Notes: a model not told the origin generated them from the letters alone. Counted from the first letter of the stretch, positions 1-12,261 are shown. The stretch: 64,000 nucleotides of DNA from Eledone cirrhosa (GCA_964016885.1 OZ024763.1:10044001-10108000), one strand, 5' to 3'. Translations and numbers: made by a program.

Positions 1-850
1 CTAAGGTCCTAGTAAGTAGACGAGAAAACAGAACCCAGATCCCCTCAGGGAAATGGCCTTGCTCAGTATGTAGGAAAGGTGTAGGTAGGAACTCCATTCT
101 CTACCCCAAATGCAAACAACGGGTACACAAGAGATGTAGCGGGATCTCAGGAAGCTTAACTAAGAATGTAGGCTTCACATGCAGCAGCTGTGCTGGGACA
201 GCAAGCAGCAAACAGCCACAGGAAACAAGTACCACCAAACTCTTGGAGGGCTCTGTAGAAACAGTAGACAGCTTCTGCTACCTAGGTGACCGAATTAGCA
301 GCGGAGGTGGGTGTTCGGAAAGTACAATAACTAGGGTAAGAACAGGATGGAAGAAGTTCAGGGAACTACTGCCACTGCTAACTGCAAAAGGCTTTTCCCT
401 CAAAATGAAAGGCAGACTGTATGATGCATGTATCCGAACAGCAATGTTACATGGTAGTGAGACATGGGCACTGTCTGTGGAAGACTTGCGTAGATTAGAA
501 AGTAACGAAGCCTGCATGCTCCGATGGATGTGTAATAGTAATATATGTGAACGGCAAAGCATAAATGAATTGAGAGAGAGACTGAGCATAAGAGGAATCA
601 AATGCTGTGTGCAGGAGAGGCGGTTGCGTTGGTATGGACATGTGACACGTATGAAGCATGACAGCTGTGTAAAAAGGTGCAGAGCATTAGAAGTTGATGG
701 AAACCGCGGAGTGGGGAGACCCAAAAAGACCTGGGATGAGGTGATAAAAGCCAACCTTACTCAATTACACCTCTCAAAGGCGATGACACATGACCGTGAC
801 CTCTGGCGTCACGCAGTAATACAGAACACCCGACCCGCCCATGGGTACAA
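1..850 (+). mobile_element. RTE-clade LINE, 3' part of ORF2 (open frame 3..950), PHD-like finger plus RT C-terminus
   Basis: Frame 3 is open from the window start: KVLVSRR...GKWPCSVCRKGVGRNSILYPKCKQRVHKRCSG...FTCSSCAG...VDSFCYLGD...MLHGSETW...RRLRWYGHV...RGVGRPKKTW. The element continues upstream of the window. Confidence 0.9.
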
Positions 851-892
851 GCCGAAACTGAAGTATATAGACAATATGCCCCCACACCCTCC

Positions 893-1116
893 CACTGTAA
901 AGTGGACGTGTAGGCGCCACGGAAAAAAAAGCACCCAGCACTCCCTGTAAATTAGGTTGGTGTTAGGAAGGGCATCCAGCTGTAGAAATCAAGCTAGAAT
1001 CAGTTCCCGTATGAGCAAGACAAGGTCAGCCGACCGGACACTGCTCACAACAGGACAACCCATCCTACCCATGCTAGCGTGGAAGAACGGACGTAAAACG
1101 GTGATGATGATGATGA
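893..1116 (+). mobile_element. SINE 3' half with (ATG)n tail
   Basis: Core GGTTGGTGTTAGGAAGGGCATCCAGCTGTAGAAA and tail CCATGCTAGCGTGGAAGAACGGACGTAAAACGG(TGA)n; near-identical to the reverse complement of 7598-7810. Confidence 0.85.
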
Positions 1117-1138
1117 TATGTTTACATATATATATATA

Positions 1139-1177
<39 letters not shown>

Positions 1178-1284
1178 ACATATATATATATATATACTTA
1201 TATATATATATATATGTATACATAAATATATATATATATATATGTATACATATATATATATATATACTTATATGTATACATATA

Positions 1285-1322
<38 letters not shown>

Positions 1323-1329
1323 TACATAT

Positions 1330-1364
<35 letters not shown>

Positions 1365-1712
1365 AGTATACATATATATGTATGTATACACACGCACACA
1401 CACTCACAAAACAAAATATATATGTATATATATATATATATGTGTATATATATATATATATATATAATAAGGGTTGACGGACCCAGCATATTTATGAATG
1501 CCAGTACCGGTTGTATCTCAGCGCACTCAATGGGCAATGTAAGATACATTACCAGAGTATACACATAGTTATTTGCCTCAACACAACACACGTAAAACGG
1601 GTGCCTATAAGGATGGTGCAGTGCAGCAGTAAGCTGCACTGCACCATCTGTCTGCATATATTATGCAACAATGCACAATCGGCTTATGCTGCTTCATCAT
1701 ATTATTATATAC

Positions 1713-1770
<58 letters not shown>

Positions 1771-2130
1771 TATGGTTAAGCAGATGTTATGTAAAGTGGA
1801 TTCCTAGCTTTTGAAAGAATTAAATGAATATTCATGAGAAATGTGTCATTATGAGTGTTCCTGTACTAGCTTATATGTACACACACACACACACACACAC
1901 ACATACAGATACACCCACACACAGACACACACACAGACAGACACACACACACATACATACACACACACACACACACACATAGACACACACACACCAACAC
2001 ACACACGGACGCACACAGACACACACACAGACACACACACACAGACACACACACAGACACACACACACACACAGACACACACACACCGACACACACACAC
2101 ATATATATAATAATAATAATAATAATAAAA
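1117..2130. repeat. Compound microsatellites (TA)n, (CA/GACA)n, (TAA)n with a short unique insert
   Basis: Directly visible low-complexity sequence. Confidence 0.9.
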
Positions 2131-2330
2131 AGGACGATTGTTAGGTCTTCACTACATTTGAGTAGTAACGCGTGTTTCGCTGTTGATCAGCTCAAGATTC
2201 AATCTCGAAGTCAAACAGACTTCTGTTATGGTAATGAGAGAATGAACCTCTTAGGGCTTTTCTATGTATATATTTCATTTTTGTATTTGTTTTGCATGAT
2301 TTATCAGAAAATGTGTGTTGAATGAGGTAT

Positions 2331-2632
2331 TGTTATACTTTGGGAGGGTCACGCTGCCAAATAAAACACACAGACTGGTCGGTTTTCACTTCAATTTATT
2401 GTAAATTTCCAGATGGTTGTTTATTGTCAATTGCCACACATTCTGTAACCTCCTCAGTGACTAATTTGTCATTTTGTGTATCTCCTTTGTTCTGTCTTAG
2501 GACGAAAGAGCTTTAACAATAAACAAATAAGCAATCATCCGGTTATTGAACCAACGGGACATGTGTAATAAATTGAAGTAAAAACCAACAAGTGTGTGTA
2601 TTATTATTGGCAGCAAGACTCTCCCAAAATAT

Positions 2633-2636
<4 letters not shown>
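2331..2636. mobile_element. MITE with TGTT...AACA termini (family also at 3566-~3780 and 27931-28066)
   Basis: Left end TGTTATACTTTGGGAGGGTC...TTTTCACTTCAATTTATT; right end is the diverged reverse complement AATAAATTGAAGT...GACTCTCCCAAAATATAACA; flanks GTAT/ATAT. Confidence 0.75.
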
Positions 2637-2675
<39 letters not shown>

Positions 2676-2678
<3 letters not shown>

Positions 2679-3521
2679 GGTGCGGACGATATTTGTTCGC
2701 AATTTTCAACTGCTAATTTTATGCAAATTTTTTTTACTTCCGTTGTCACTCTTGTCTTCATAAAAACAGTGACTATATTTCCATTATTTATTTTCAGAAT
2801 AATTGATTATGAATAATTTTGAACCTCCAAATTTGTGGAAGAGACATGAAGTTCTTCTTGGAATCCGCGCCGGGAGGACAAATAAGACCAGAAGATCAAC
2901 TCTCAGAACAACAGGTGGCTCGCTGTCTCATCCAAAGACGTGCCCAGAGTCATGCAGACAAAGTTTCCAGCGACAACATTGGTCTTAGGTGTCTTCAGCA
3001 TTCAAGGTGACGTCATGCCACCTCACTTCTTCCCTGAGGGCCTCAAGCTGAACACCGATGGCTACATCCGCGTCTCTGGGCAAGGTAGTAAAGCCCTGGA
3101 TCGACCAGGTAGCTGGAAGTTGGCCGTACGTGTGGCAGCAAGACTCAGCGCCCTGCCATACCAGCCGAAAGACCCAAGCCTGGCTGTCAGAGAACTTCAT
3201 CGACCACACTCGACTTCTTTGTGTGGGGCGCAGTGGAACGAGACACCAACAGATCGAGCTGCAATATGAAAGACGATCTGAAGGCCAGGATTACAAGTGC
3301 CTTTAGGGGCCTAACTCGGGGCACAGTGACGAAGGCCTGTAGCCGGTTCCAAGGCCGCCTTGGGGGTGTCATCAAAGCCAATGGCGGGTTTATCGAGTGA
3401 GATCGAAAGAACAAGTCATGAAGATAAACTGACCCAAGTTTGATAAATAAATCTTAAAAAATAAAACTACTGTGTTATTTTTTCCTAGACAGTAATCTTG
3501 CGAACAAATATCGTCCGCACC

Positions 3522-3524
<3 letters not shown>
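2676..3524 (+). mobile_element. Internally deleted Tc1/mariner-superfamily transposon (DD37D/maT-like), 849 bp
   Basis: Perfect 27-bp TIRs CAGGGTGCGGACGATATTTGTTCGCAA (2676-2702 and 3498-3524) inside (TA)n. Frameshifted transposase remnants: TKFPATTLVLGV...PPHFFPEGLKLNTDGYI, WQQDSAPCHTSRKTQAWL, IKANGGFIE*. The subfamily call is from motif recall. Confidence 0.92.
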
Positions 3525-3565
<41 letters not shown>

Positions 3566-3569
<4 letters not shown>

Positions 3570-3780
3570 ATACTTTGGGAGAGTCATACTGCCAATAAAA
3601 ATACACACACCTGCTGGTTTTCACTTCAATCTATTACACATGTCCCATTGGTTGGTACAATAACCGGATGGTTGTCAAAGTTCTTTCGTCTCACATTCTG
3701 TGACCTCCTCAGTGACTGATTTGTTATTTTGTGTCTCTCCTTTGTTCTGTCCTACACCATCTTGTTTTTATGTGTTGACA
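3566..3780 (+). mobile_element. Second copy (left part) of the TGTT...AACA MITE family
   Basis: TGTTATACTTTGGGAGAGTCATACTGCCAATAAAA... matches 2331-2500 and the reverse complement of 2535-2636. Confidence 0.7.
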
Positions 3781-4329
3781 ACATGTATATATACACGTGT
3801 GTGTGTGTGTGTAAAAGGTAAACAGAAATAACAACACAATTGGTACAGTATATGGAAGGAATATATTAGGTTAACGCTTGAAATAGCAGGAAGTGGGTCT
3901 TAACGTTTCGGATGCTAGTCCTTCATTAGAAGTAAGAATGAGAAATTAGAAAGATTTAAAGGGACAGGCAGGGTGGAATTGGAAAAGATGTCTTTAGAGA
4001 AAAATAACAGGTCCATTCATGTTGCCATCTCTTGGATGCAACATTGTTGATGCTGGCGTTTTGTGTATGATATATTTTTTATTAGAAAAGTGGATGATGG
4101 AGCGCATCTACCTGAAATGGAAAAAAAAAACGTTTTGTATAAAGAGCTATACTTGTGTACGTGTGTATGCGTGCATGTGTGTGTGTGTGTTATTATATGT
4201 CTGTACGAAGCTAAGAGGATATTTGTGTGTGTATATGTAAGTAAAAGACTGTGTGCGTCTTGTAAGTATGAAGCTGTGAGCAAAAGTATGTTAATATAAG
4301 GGTGTGTGTGTGTGTGTATACAGAGCTGT

Positions 4330-6040
4330 GAAGGGAAAAGTGGAGTGTGGTCTTCATCTACTGCATCTTCCTTCCACTGGGATTACCTAGTACTTCTTCA
4401 CCCAGCGGTCATCCTCCATGTGTATCACATGGCCATACCAACATACTCTTTTCTCCCACACACTACAGTTTATTGCTCTTATACACAGTTTCTCTCTCAA
4501 CTCATCTATGCTTGGTCATTCACGTACATTGACATTGCACATCCGACGGAGCATGCTTGCTTCATTTCTCTCCAGCCGTCGTATATCCTCCGCAGTTGCT
4601 GCCCATGTCTCACTACCATGCAACATAGCACATCTCACACAGGCATCATATAACTGACCTTTAGTTCATAGGGAGAAACCCTTCGTTGTCAACAGAGAAA
4701 GCAGCTCCCTAAACTTCTTCCAACCCATCCTGATTCTAGATACTATGGCCTTGGAGCATTTTCCTTCCTTGCTAATCTGATCACCTACATATCAGAAGCT
4801 ATCAACCACCTCTATAGATCCTACCTGCCTATCACTGACACTTCTACTAACAATTTTTCTATGAAGTTTTCAATTATCATACAAAGTTTTCCCTTCCTGT
4901 TAGTTTGCCTGCTATCCCAGTACATCTCTTGTGTACCCAAGATCTGCATTATGTACATTCTATAGAATTTATGCCAGTTCCTTTTCTACATATTGAGCAT
5001 GGCCATTTCCCAGATGGAATCAGAGTATTGTCCTCTTTTCTACTTATAAATACTTTTGTCTTTGCTAGCTTTTCTTTCAGTCCCCTTGATTTGAGCTGCT
5101 GTTTCCATAGCCAGAATTTCTTCTCTAACTCCTCTACTGATTCTGTTATAAGTACCAGATCATCAGCATAGCAAAGTTCCTATGGACAGCCAGTCTTAAA
5201 CTCCTTTGTTATGGTTTGGAGGACTCTAATGAACAAGAGTGGGCTGAGGACCAAACCCTGATGAACGCTTACTTGTATCTGGAATTCCTCAGAAAACTCC
5301 ATTCCTACTCACACTTTACGGACAGCACTCCTGTTCATAGCTTGCATTGTCCTTACAAGCCATTCCTCTACAACTAGTTTTCTTAGAGACCACCAGATGA
5401 CAGATCGAGGTACCCTATCAAAGGCCTTCTCTAGGTCAACAAAAGCTGAGTATAGTGGCTTATTTTTTTCTAAGAACCTTGTAGTTGTCTCAGTAAGAAG
5501 AGGGCATATGTTGTACTTTTCCTAGGCACAGAACCAAACTGCATCTCATCTAATTTGACTCTTTCTCTAATTAGTTGTTCTAGCACCCTTTCTGTCACTT
5601 TCATAACCTGATCCATCTGTTTTATGCCCCTATAATTCTTTGTAACAATTAGCAAGAATACTGTTGCACCAGTCTTTGGGTATGACTCTGCATGCAACCA
5701 GTTTAGTCCCTACCTGAAGCCTTCAACATCTCAGCAACTTTCCCCAACAGTCCAGTGGCCTTACCACTTTTCATCTCTTTAATTGCCTCTTGTACCCTAT
5801 AGTCATCAATCTCAATAGCTGGTCCCTCTGTTGGGAGTAGTTTCTCTCTGTCCCATTGATTCTCAACATTCATCAATCTCTCATAATGACATTTCCAGCC
5901 CTCCTTTTTCCGATCATCAGTGATGCTAAGTACACCAGCTCATTTTGGACACACTTATCTCCAACAACATCCTGATTCTCACTGACAACCTGCCTTACAA
6001 TGCGGAACACTTCACGTCTCTGATCCTCTCTAACTACAGA
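4330..6040 (-). mobile_element. RTE-clade LINE, 5'-truncated and degraded RT region
   Basis: Minus strand reads AFVDLEKAFDRVPR (about 5410-5450), VHQGLVLSPLLF (about 5230-5266), YADD (5159-5170), GKWPCSICRKGTGINSIECT*CRSWVHKRC, then MLHGSETW; it has stops and frameshifts. Confidence 0.92.
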
Positions 6041-6538
6041 GGTAGAGTGTCAGACAACCCTAGTACATTACTATATGTTGTCTAACTACAGAGGTAGAGT
6101 GTCAGACAACCCTAGTACATTACTATATGTTGTCTAACTACAGAGGTAGAGTGTCAGACAACCCTAGTACATTACTATATGTTGTCTAACTACAGAGGTA
6201 GAGTGTCAGACAACCCTAGTACATTACTATATGTTGTCTAACTACAGAGGTAGAGTGTCAGACAACCCTAGTACATTACTATATGTTGTCTAACTACAGA
6301 GGTAGAGTGTCAGACAACCCTAGTACATTACTATATGTTGTCTAACTACAGAGGTAGAGTGTCAGACAACCCTAGCACATTACTATATGTTGTCTAACTA
6401 CAGAGGTAGAGTGTCAGACAACCCTAGTACATTACTATATGTTGTCTAACTACAGAGGTAGAGTGTCAGACAACCCTAGCACATTACTATATGTTGTCTA
6501 ACTACAGAGGTAGAGTGTCAGACAACCCTAGCACATTA
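6029..6538. repeat. 52-bp minisatellite, about 9.8 near-identical copies
   Basis: Unit TCTAACTACAGAGGTAGAGTGTCAGACAACCCTAGTACATTACTATATGTTG starts at 6029, 6081, 6133 ... 6497. Confidence 0.97.
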
Positions 6539-6767
6539 GATGATAAATATAAAAAGAGAAATATAATCTTGATAAAAGATATTATAAAAGATAAGGAAAA
6601 AATGAAGACATATACGTATACATACATAATACACACATATATAAAAATATAGATATATACATATATATACATACACACACATCTCTATATATATACCCAT
6701 GTATATATAGATATACACCCATGTACGCACACACACACACACATACACACATATATATATACGTATG

Positions 6768-6805
<38 letters not shown>

Positions 6806-7239
6806 CACATATATATATATACACACATATATATACACACACTCACCCACGCACACATACATAGATACACACATATACCTACACACATATATATATATAC
6901 ATTCATACATATACACACACACACATATATAAATACTTACATATACAAATACATAAATAGACATACATATATACACACACATATATACACACATATATAC
7001 ACATACATATATACACATACATATATACACATACATAGATACACACACAAATATACACACATATATAGACACACATATATACACACATATATACACACAC
7101 ACATATAATCACACACATATATACACATACATATATATACACACATATATACACATACATAGATATACATAAACATTAATCTATTTCCTCATAAAATCAA
7201 ATCTAGAAATATACCAAAATATACAAGTCCGAAACAAAT

Positions 7240-7500
7240 GCGGTCATGTAGGTGTCACGACAAAAAAACACAGTTCACGCTGTAATGTGGCCGTGTAGGT
7301 AACACGGTAAAAACCTCCCAGTCCACACTGTAAACGTGATTGGTGTTAGGAAGGGCATCCAGCCATAGAAAACCCGCCAGACAGTCCTATATGAGCAAGA
7401 CAACCAATCTTGCCTCACGTGGGAAAATTCCTGTCCAAACCCATGCTAGCGTGGAACATGGACGTTAAACGATGATGATGATGATGATGATGATGATGAT
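7240..7500 (+). mobile_element. SINE 3' portion with (GAT)n tail (related copy at 14180-14450 on -)
   Basis: TGGTGTTAGGAAGGGCATCCAGCC core; CCATGCTAGCGTGGAACATGGACGTTAAAC(GAT)n tail. Confidence 0.8.
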
Positions 7501-7597
7501 ACAAAATCTATAAAAAAAAAATATAGAATAGAAAAAGGGAAGTACATACAAAAATATTACCCACATAGAAGTAAACACACACACACACATATATATA

Positions 7598-7990
7598 TAT
7601 CATCATCATCACCATTTTACGTCCGTTCTTCCACGCTAGCATGGGTAGGACGGGTTGTCCTGTTGTGGGCAGTATCCGGTCGGCTGACCTTCTCTGGCTC
7701 ATACAGGAACTGATTCTGGCTTGATTTCTACAGCTGGATGCCCTTCCTAACACCAACCTCATTTACAGTGAGTGCTGGGTGCTTTTTTGCCGTGGCACCT
7801 CCATGACCACTTTTCAGTGGAATGATAGGGACCCCAGTCCTATCATCTCATTTCTACAGCTGAGTAAACTGGAGCAATGTGAAATAAAGTGTCTTGCTCA
7901 AGGAAACAACACATCACCCGGTCTGAGAATTGAACTCACAACCTTTCGATTGCAAGCCCAATGTTCTAACCACTAAGCCATGCACCTTCA
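7598..7990 (-). mobile_element. Full-length tRNA-derived SINE (tRNA head, CORE-like domain, GGAAGGGCATCC central domain, LINE-type tail)
   Basis: Minus strand: A-box TGGCTTAGTGG, B-box GAGTTCAATTC, CORE-like TTTCCTTGAGCAAGACACTTTATTTCAC, then GGTTGGTGTTAGGAAGGGCATCCAGCTGTAG and an (ATG)n tail. Confidence 0.88.
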
Positions 7991-8304
7991 TATATATATG
8001 CATAGTTTACAAATAGTTTATCGCCCTACATGGCTGAATACAATAAATGTAATCTGAGTTTTTCAAATATTAATAATAATATTCGATCCGTTTGCAATTA
8101 TGCAAACAGCCTCTTTAAAGCCATATCAGTAGAATGACCCATCATTCTTGCTCTCGTGTTGGCATGTAAATAGAACTGCAGACTCTAATGTTTCTGGGTG
8201 ATTACCCTTCATCAGTACAGCATACTGCTTATCTGCCAACTGTCAGAGCTAGTGAAAATATATGATATTTTCTAAAATATACAGTGACTGATCGGCTGAT
8301 TTGC

Positions 8305-8574
8305 ATATTAGCAGACCCACTGATGAGCCAGATTTGCATATCAGCAGATAGGCTAGTCAGTTTCATGTATACGAGTGATTAATCACCGTATATAGTATAC
8401 TGCACTGATGAAAAAATCAGATTACAAATATATATATATATATATATATATTTGTAATCTGATTTTTTCATCAGTGCAGTATACTATATACGGTGATTAA
8501 TCACTCGTATACATGAAACTGACTAGCCTATCTGCTGATATGCAAATCTGGCTCATCAGTGGGTCTGCTAATAT
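8305..8574. repeat. 270-bp palindrome centred on (TA)n
   Basis: 8305-8439 is the reverse complement of 8440-8574; no mismatch found by eye. Confidence 0.93.
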
Positions 8575-8595
8575 ATATATGTGTATGTGTATATA

Positions 8596-8647
<52 letters not shown>

Positions 8648-8860
8648 TATATACACATACACATATATATATATAGATAAAAAATACAAATACAAACTTA
8701 TGCACACATATATATATATACATACATTCAAATACATACACACACAAATACATACACATTTATACATAGTGAAAATATATGCTATTTTCAAAAATACACA
8801 GTGACTGATTGGCCTTATTTGCATATTGCGATAAATGGCCGGCTTTGCCAAATTCAAATA

Positions 8861-9202
8861 GAAAAGAAAATTTCGCTCTACATGGCTGAATACAATAAAT
8901 GTAATCTGAGTTTTTCGAATATTAATAATAACATTCGATTCGTTTGCAATTATGCAAACAAGCCTCAATTTTATAGCCATGTCAGTTTGGCAGGTGAACA
9001 GTGAGCTGTACTGATGAAGGGTGATACCCAGAAACATTAGAGCCTGCAGTTCTGTTCACATGCCAACATAAGAGCAAGAATGAAGGGTTCATTCTACTGA
9101 CATGGCTATAAAATTGAGGCTTGTTTGCAAAGTTGCTAACAATTCGAAAAACTCAGATTACATTTATTGTATTCAGCCATGTAGAGCGAAATTTTCTTTT
9201 TC
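8861..9202. mobile_element. Non-autonomous TIR (foldback/MITE-like) element with about 110-125-bp inverted arms; an opposite-orientation relative lies at about 8020-8250
   Basis: Arm GAAAAGAAAATTTCGCTCTACATGGCTGAATACAATAAATGTAATCTGAGTTTTTCGAA...GCCTCAATTTTATAGCCATGTCAGT and its reverse complement at 9095-9202 surround a core of about 110 bp. Confidence 0.8.
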
Positions 9203-9289
9203 ATATATATACAGACCTACACATAAATATATAGATGCACACACACATATCCATAAAAAGAAGAAGAAAAAAAAAAAAAAAAGGAAAAG

Positions 9290-10172
9290 GGCGTACTGTG
9301 TATGTTGCTTCAGCTTCAGCTTGTACCCATGGGAAGTCGGGTCTTCTGTATTACTGCATGATGCCAGAGGTCACGGTCCTGTGTCATCACCTTTGAAAGG
9401 TGTAATTGGGCAAGGTCAGCTTTTATCACCTCATCTCAAGTCTTCCATCGACTTTGAAAACTCTGCACCTTTTTATACAGATGTCATCCTTCATATGGAT
9501 TACATGTCCACACTAATGCAACCTCCTCTCCAGCACACAGCATCTGATCCCTCTTATACCTAATCTCTCTCTCAGTTATTTATGCTTTGTAGTTCACATA
9601 TATTACTATTACACATCCATCAGAGCATGCAAGCTTCATTTCTTTCTAATCTACACAAGTCTTCTGCACACAGTGACAGGCTTCGCTACCATGCAACATT
9701 GCTGTTTGTATGCATGCATCACACAATCTGCCTTTCATTTTGAGGGAGAAGCCTTTTGTAGCTAGCAGTGGTTGTAGTTCCATGAACTTCTTCCATCCTG
9801 TTCTTTCAGAACACCTATCTCTGCTGCTAATTCAGCAGAAGCTGTCTACTGTTTCTACTGAACCTTCCCAAAATTTGGTAGCACTTATTTCCTGTGGTCA
9901 TTTGCTAAACTTCCTGAGATCCCACCACATCTCTTGTGTACCCATAGTTTGCATTTGGGACAGAGGATGGAATTTCTACTTACACCTTTCCTACATACTG
10001 AACAATGTCATTTCCCTGGGGGAATCTGTGTTCTGTTTTCTCTTCTACTTAGTAAGACCCCTTCTTTCTAGGCCCTGCTTCCATGTTTGGAATTTCTTCT
10101 CTAGTTCCATCATAGATTCTGCTATGAGTGTAACATTATCCGCATATAGAAGCTCCTATGGGCATCCGCTCT
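9290..10172 (-). mobile_element. Degraded RTE-clade LINE fragment, same family as 1-850
   Basis: Reverse complement aligns with 1-830 (ATKGFSLKMKGRLCDACIQTAMLHGSE); YADN in place of YADD at about 10136-10147. Confidence 0.85.
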
Positions 10173-10403
10173 TATATACATATACATACGTATATAAGAC
10201 CAGATGCATATATGCATGTGTATATATATATTTATATGAATATATATATATGTATATATGTCCACATGGTGGTAAGAAACTCTCAGGGAGCTGGACAGCA
10301 AAAAGTCTTTAGAAAAGAACCCCCTCCCTGAAGCAAGTGTTGAGGCCCTTATATATCTCCATAGATATTTATATGTTTACATATATATATATATGTGTGT
10401 ATG

Positions 10404-10458
<55 letters not shown>

Positions 10459-10658
10459 TTCTCAGGGCGAAACAGATTAAATCTCTAATCTGTCCGGGAG
10501 ATGTAATAGTTATTGAGGCAGTCTGTATATATTTTATTTTATTTTATGTATATTCCGTTTACTTCTGGTTAAATTTCTCAAACTAATGTGGTATTTCAAC
10601 CCACATAATTTTAGACACACGATTTACTGTATTTATTACTACATATATTATATATCTG

Positions 10659-10976
10659 ATGGTGGATGGGTGCTACACGAGAATGCTGAGGATGGCTCTG
10701 AACATTAATCAGTACACACTGAGGATGAAAAACTCAGAGCTGTATGGAAGCATCCCAAAAGTCAGCTCAAAAGTGACACAGAGGAGTCTGAGGTTAGCTG
10801 GACATGCTCACCGACATCCAGAGTTGACATTGCACTCAGTGCTCCTTTGGGAGCCCCTGCATGGACACACTAGAAGAGGAAGACCAAGGTTAACGTATGT
10901 TGATGCCCTAAGGACAGACACTGGTCTGTTGGAGACGCAGGACATGGCAGCGATAATGAGGGACAGAGACCGCTAG
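10659..10976 (+). mobile_element. 3' fragment of a different RTE-like LINE ORF2
   Basis: DGCYTRMLRMALNI...RSLRLAGHAHRH...LLWEP...RRGRPRLTYVD...MRDRDR is a typical RTE-group C-terminus. Confidence 0.8.
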
Positions 10977-11282
10977 AGATCTCGGGAATTTTACCCGCCT
11001 TATATATATATGTGTATTTGAATTTACACAGATGAAAAAACTATATATTTTCACGTGTTTTCAAAGTCCAGCAGTTGCAAGAGCGGAAGAGATCATCTGG
11101 ACGAGAACCAGTTGAGTTCGAAATGCATCGACGATTGTCTCCCTTGCTTCTGCCAGACACCGCTGGGTGGCGTTAGCTGCCAGTGTTTTTTATAGCTAAG
11201 GTTTTCTAATTGTTTATTTATAAACATATCGTATTTCTTGAGAAATACGAAATTCAAATATATATATTTTGTAGTTATGTTC

Positions 11283-11329
<47 letters not shown>

Positions 11330-11434
11330 GAAGGAAATGTGGTAAGGAACCAGGTGGACCATAACTCACCAAAGTACTCAATACTTAGGGTAGTAGAGTG
11401 GGTAATAGGAACAAGTCGGGGTCTTACTTGTTCC

Positions 11435-11437
<3 letters not shown>
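11330..11437. repeat. Unclassified interspersed repeat, second copy inverted at about 19848-19978
   Basis: ACTCAATACTTAGGGTAGTAGAGTGGGTAATAGGAA here versus TTCCTATTACCCACTCTACTACCCTAAGTATTGAGT at about 19915-19951; both abut (TA)n. Confidence 0.7.
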
Positions 11438-11467
<30 letters not shown>

Positions 11468-11877
11468 CTGTGTATATATATATATATATGATATATATAA
11501 ATTTGTGTGTGTGTTTGTAGATATGTGTATGTATATAAGTATATATATGTACTGTATATATATATGTGTATGTATAATTATGTCTATATAAATATATATG
11601 TGTGTGTGTGTATTTGTATATATATATATATATATACATACACACACACACGTATGTACGCATATATATGTCTGTGTAAATATTTGCGTCTAGGAAACAA
11701 AAGCCTGGCCAAGAAGAACAAACAATCCATGATGTAAAGAATTTAAATAGAAATGAGCTCAGCTATTAATTATTAACTTCTTTTGTTAGTTGTTGTTGTT
11801 TGGCTTCTGTCCCTACTTTGTCAACTCATCCAACCCAATTGTATGTCTAATGTCTTGCCCTGTCCCCACTGCCTTCT

Positions 11878-11899
11878 TATATATATATATATTATATAT

Positions 11900-11971
<72 letters not shown>

Positions 11972-12081
11972 ATATATATATATATATAATATATATATAA
12001 TATATATAATATATATATATTATATATATTATATTATGGAATACTGTTGGCTTTTTTGCTACAATATTTTCTACACCTTTC

Positions 12082-12129
<48 letters not shown>

Positions 12130-12148
12130 GTGTATATATATATATATC

Positions 12149-12188
<40 letters not shown>

Positions 12189-12220
12189 GTGTGTGTATAC
12201 ATATATATATATGTGTATAA

Positions 12221-12258
<38 letters not shown>

Positions 12259-12261
12259 GTG

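Noticed and set aside
6029-6538. CRISPR-like regular repeat (also 31327-32365 and 30393-30785)
   Set aside because: Units are contiguous with no unique spacers, there are no cas genes, and the context is eukaryotic.
7915-7990. tRNA gene
   Set aside because: A/B boxes belong to a SINE head that continues into CORE-like and tail domains; no proper acceptor stem seen.
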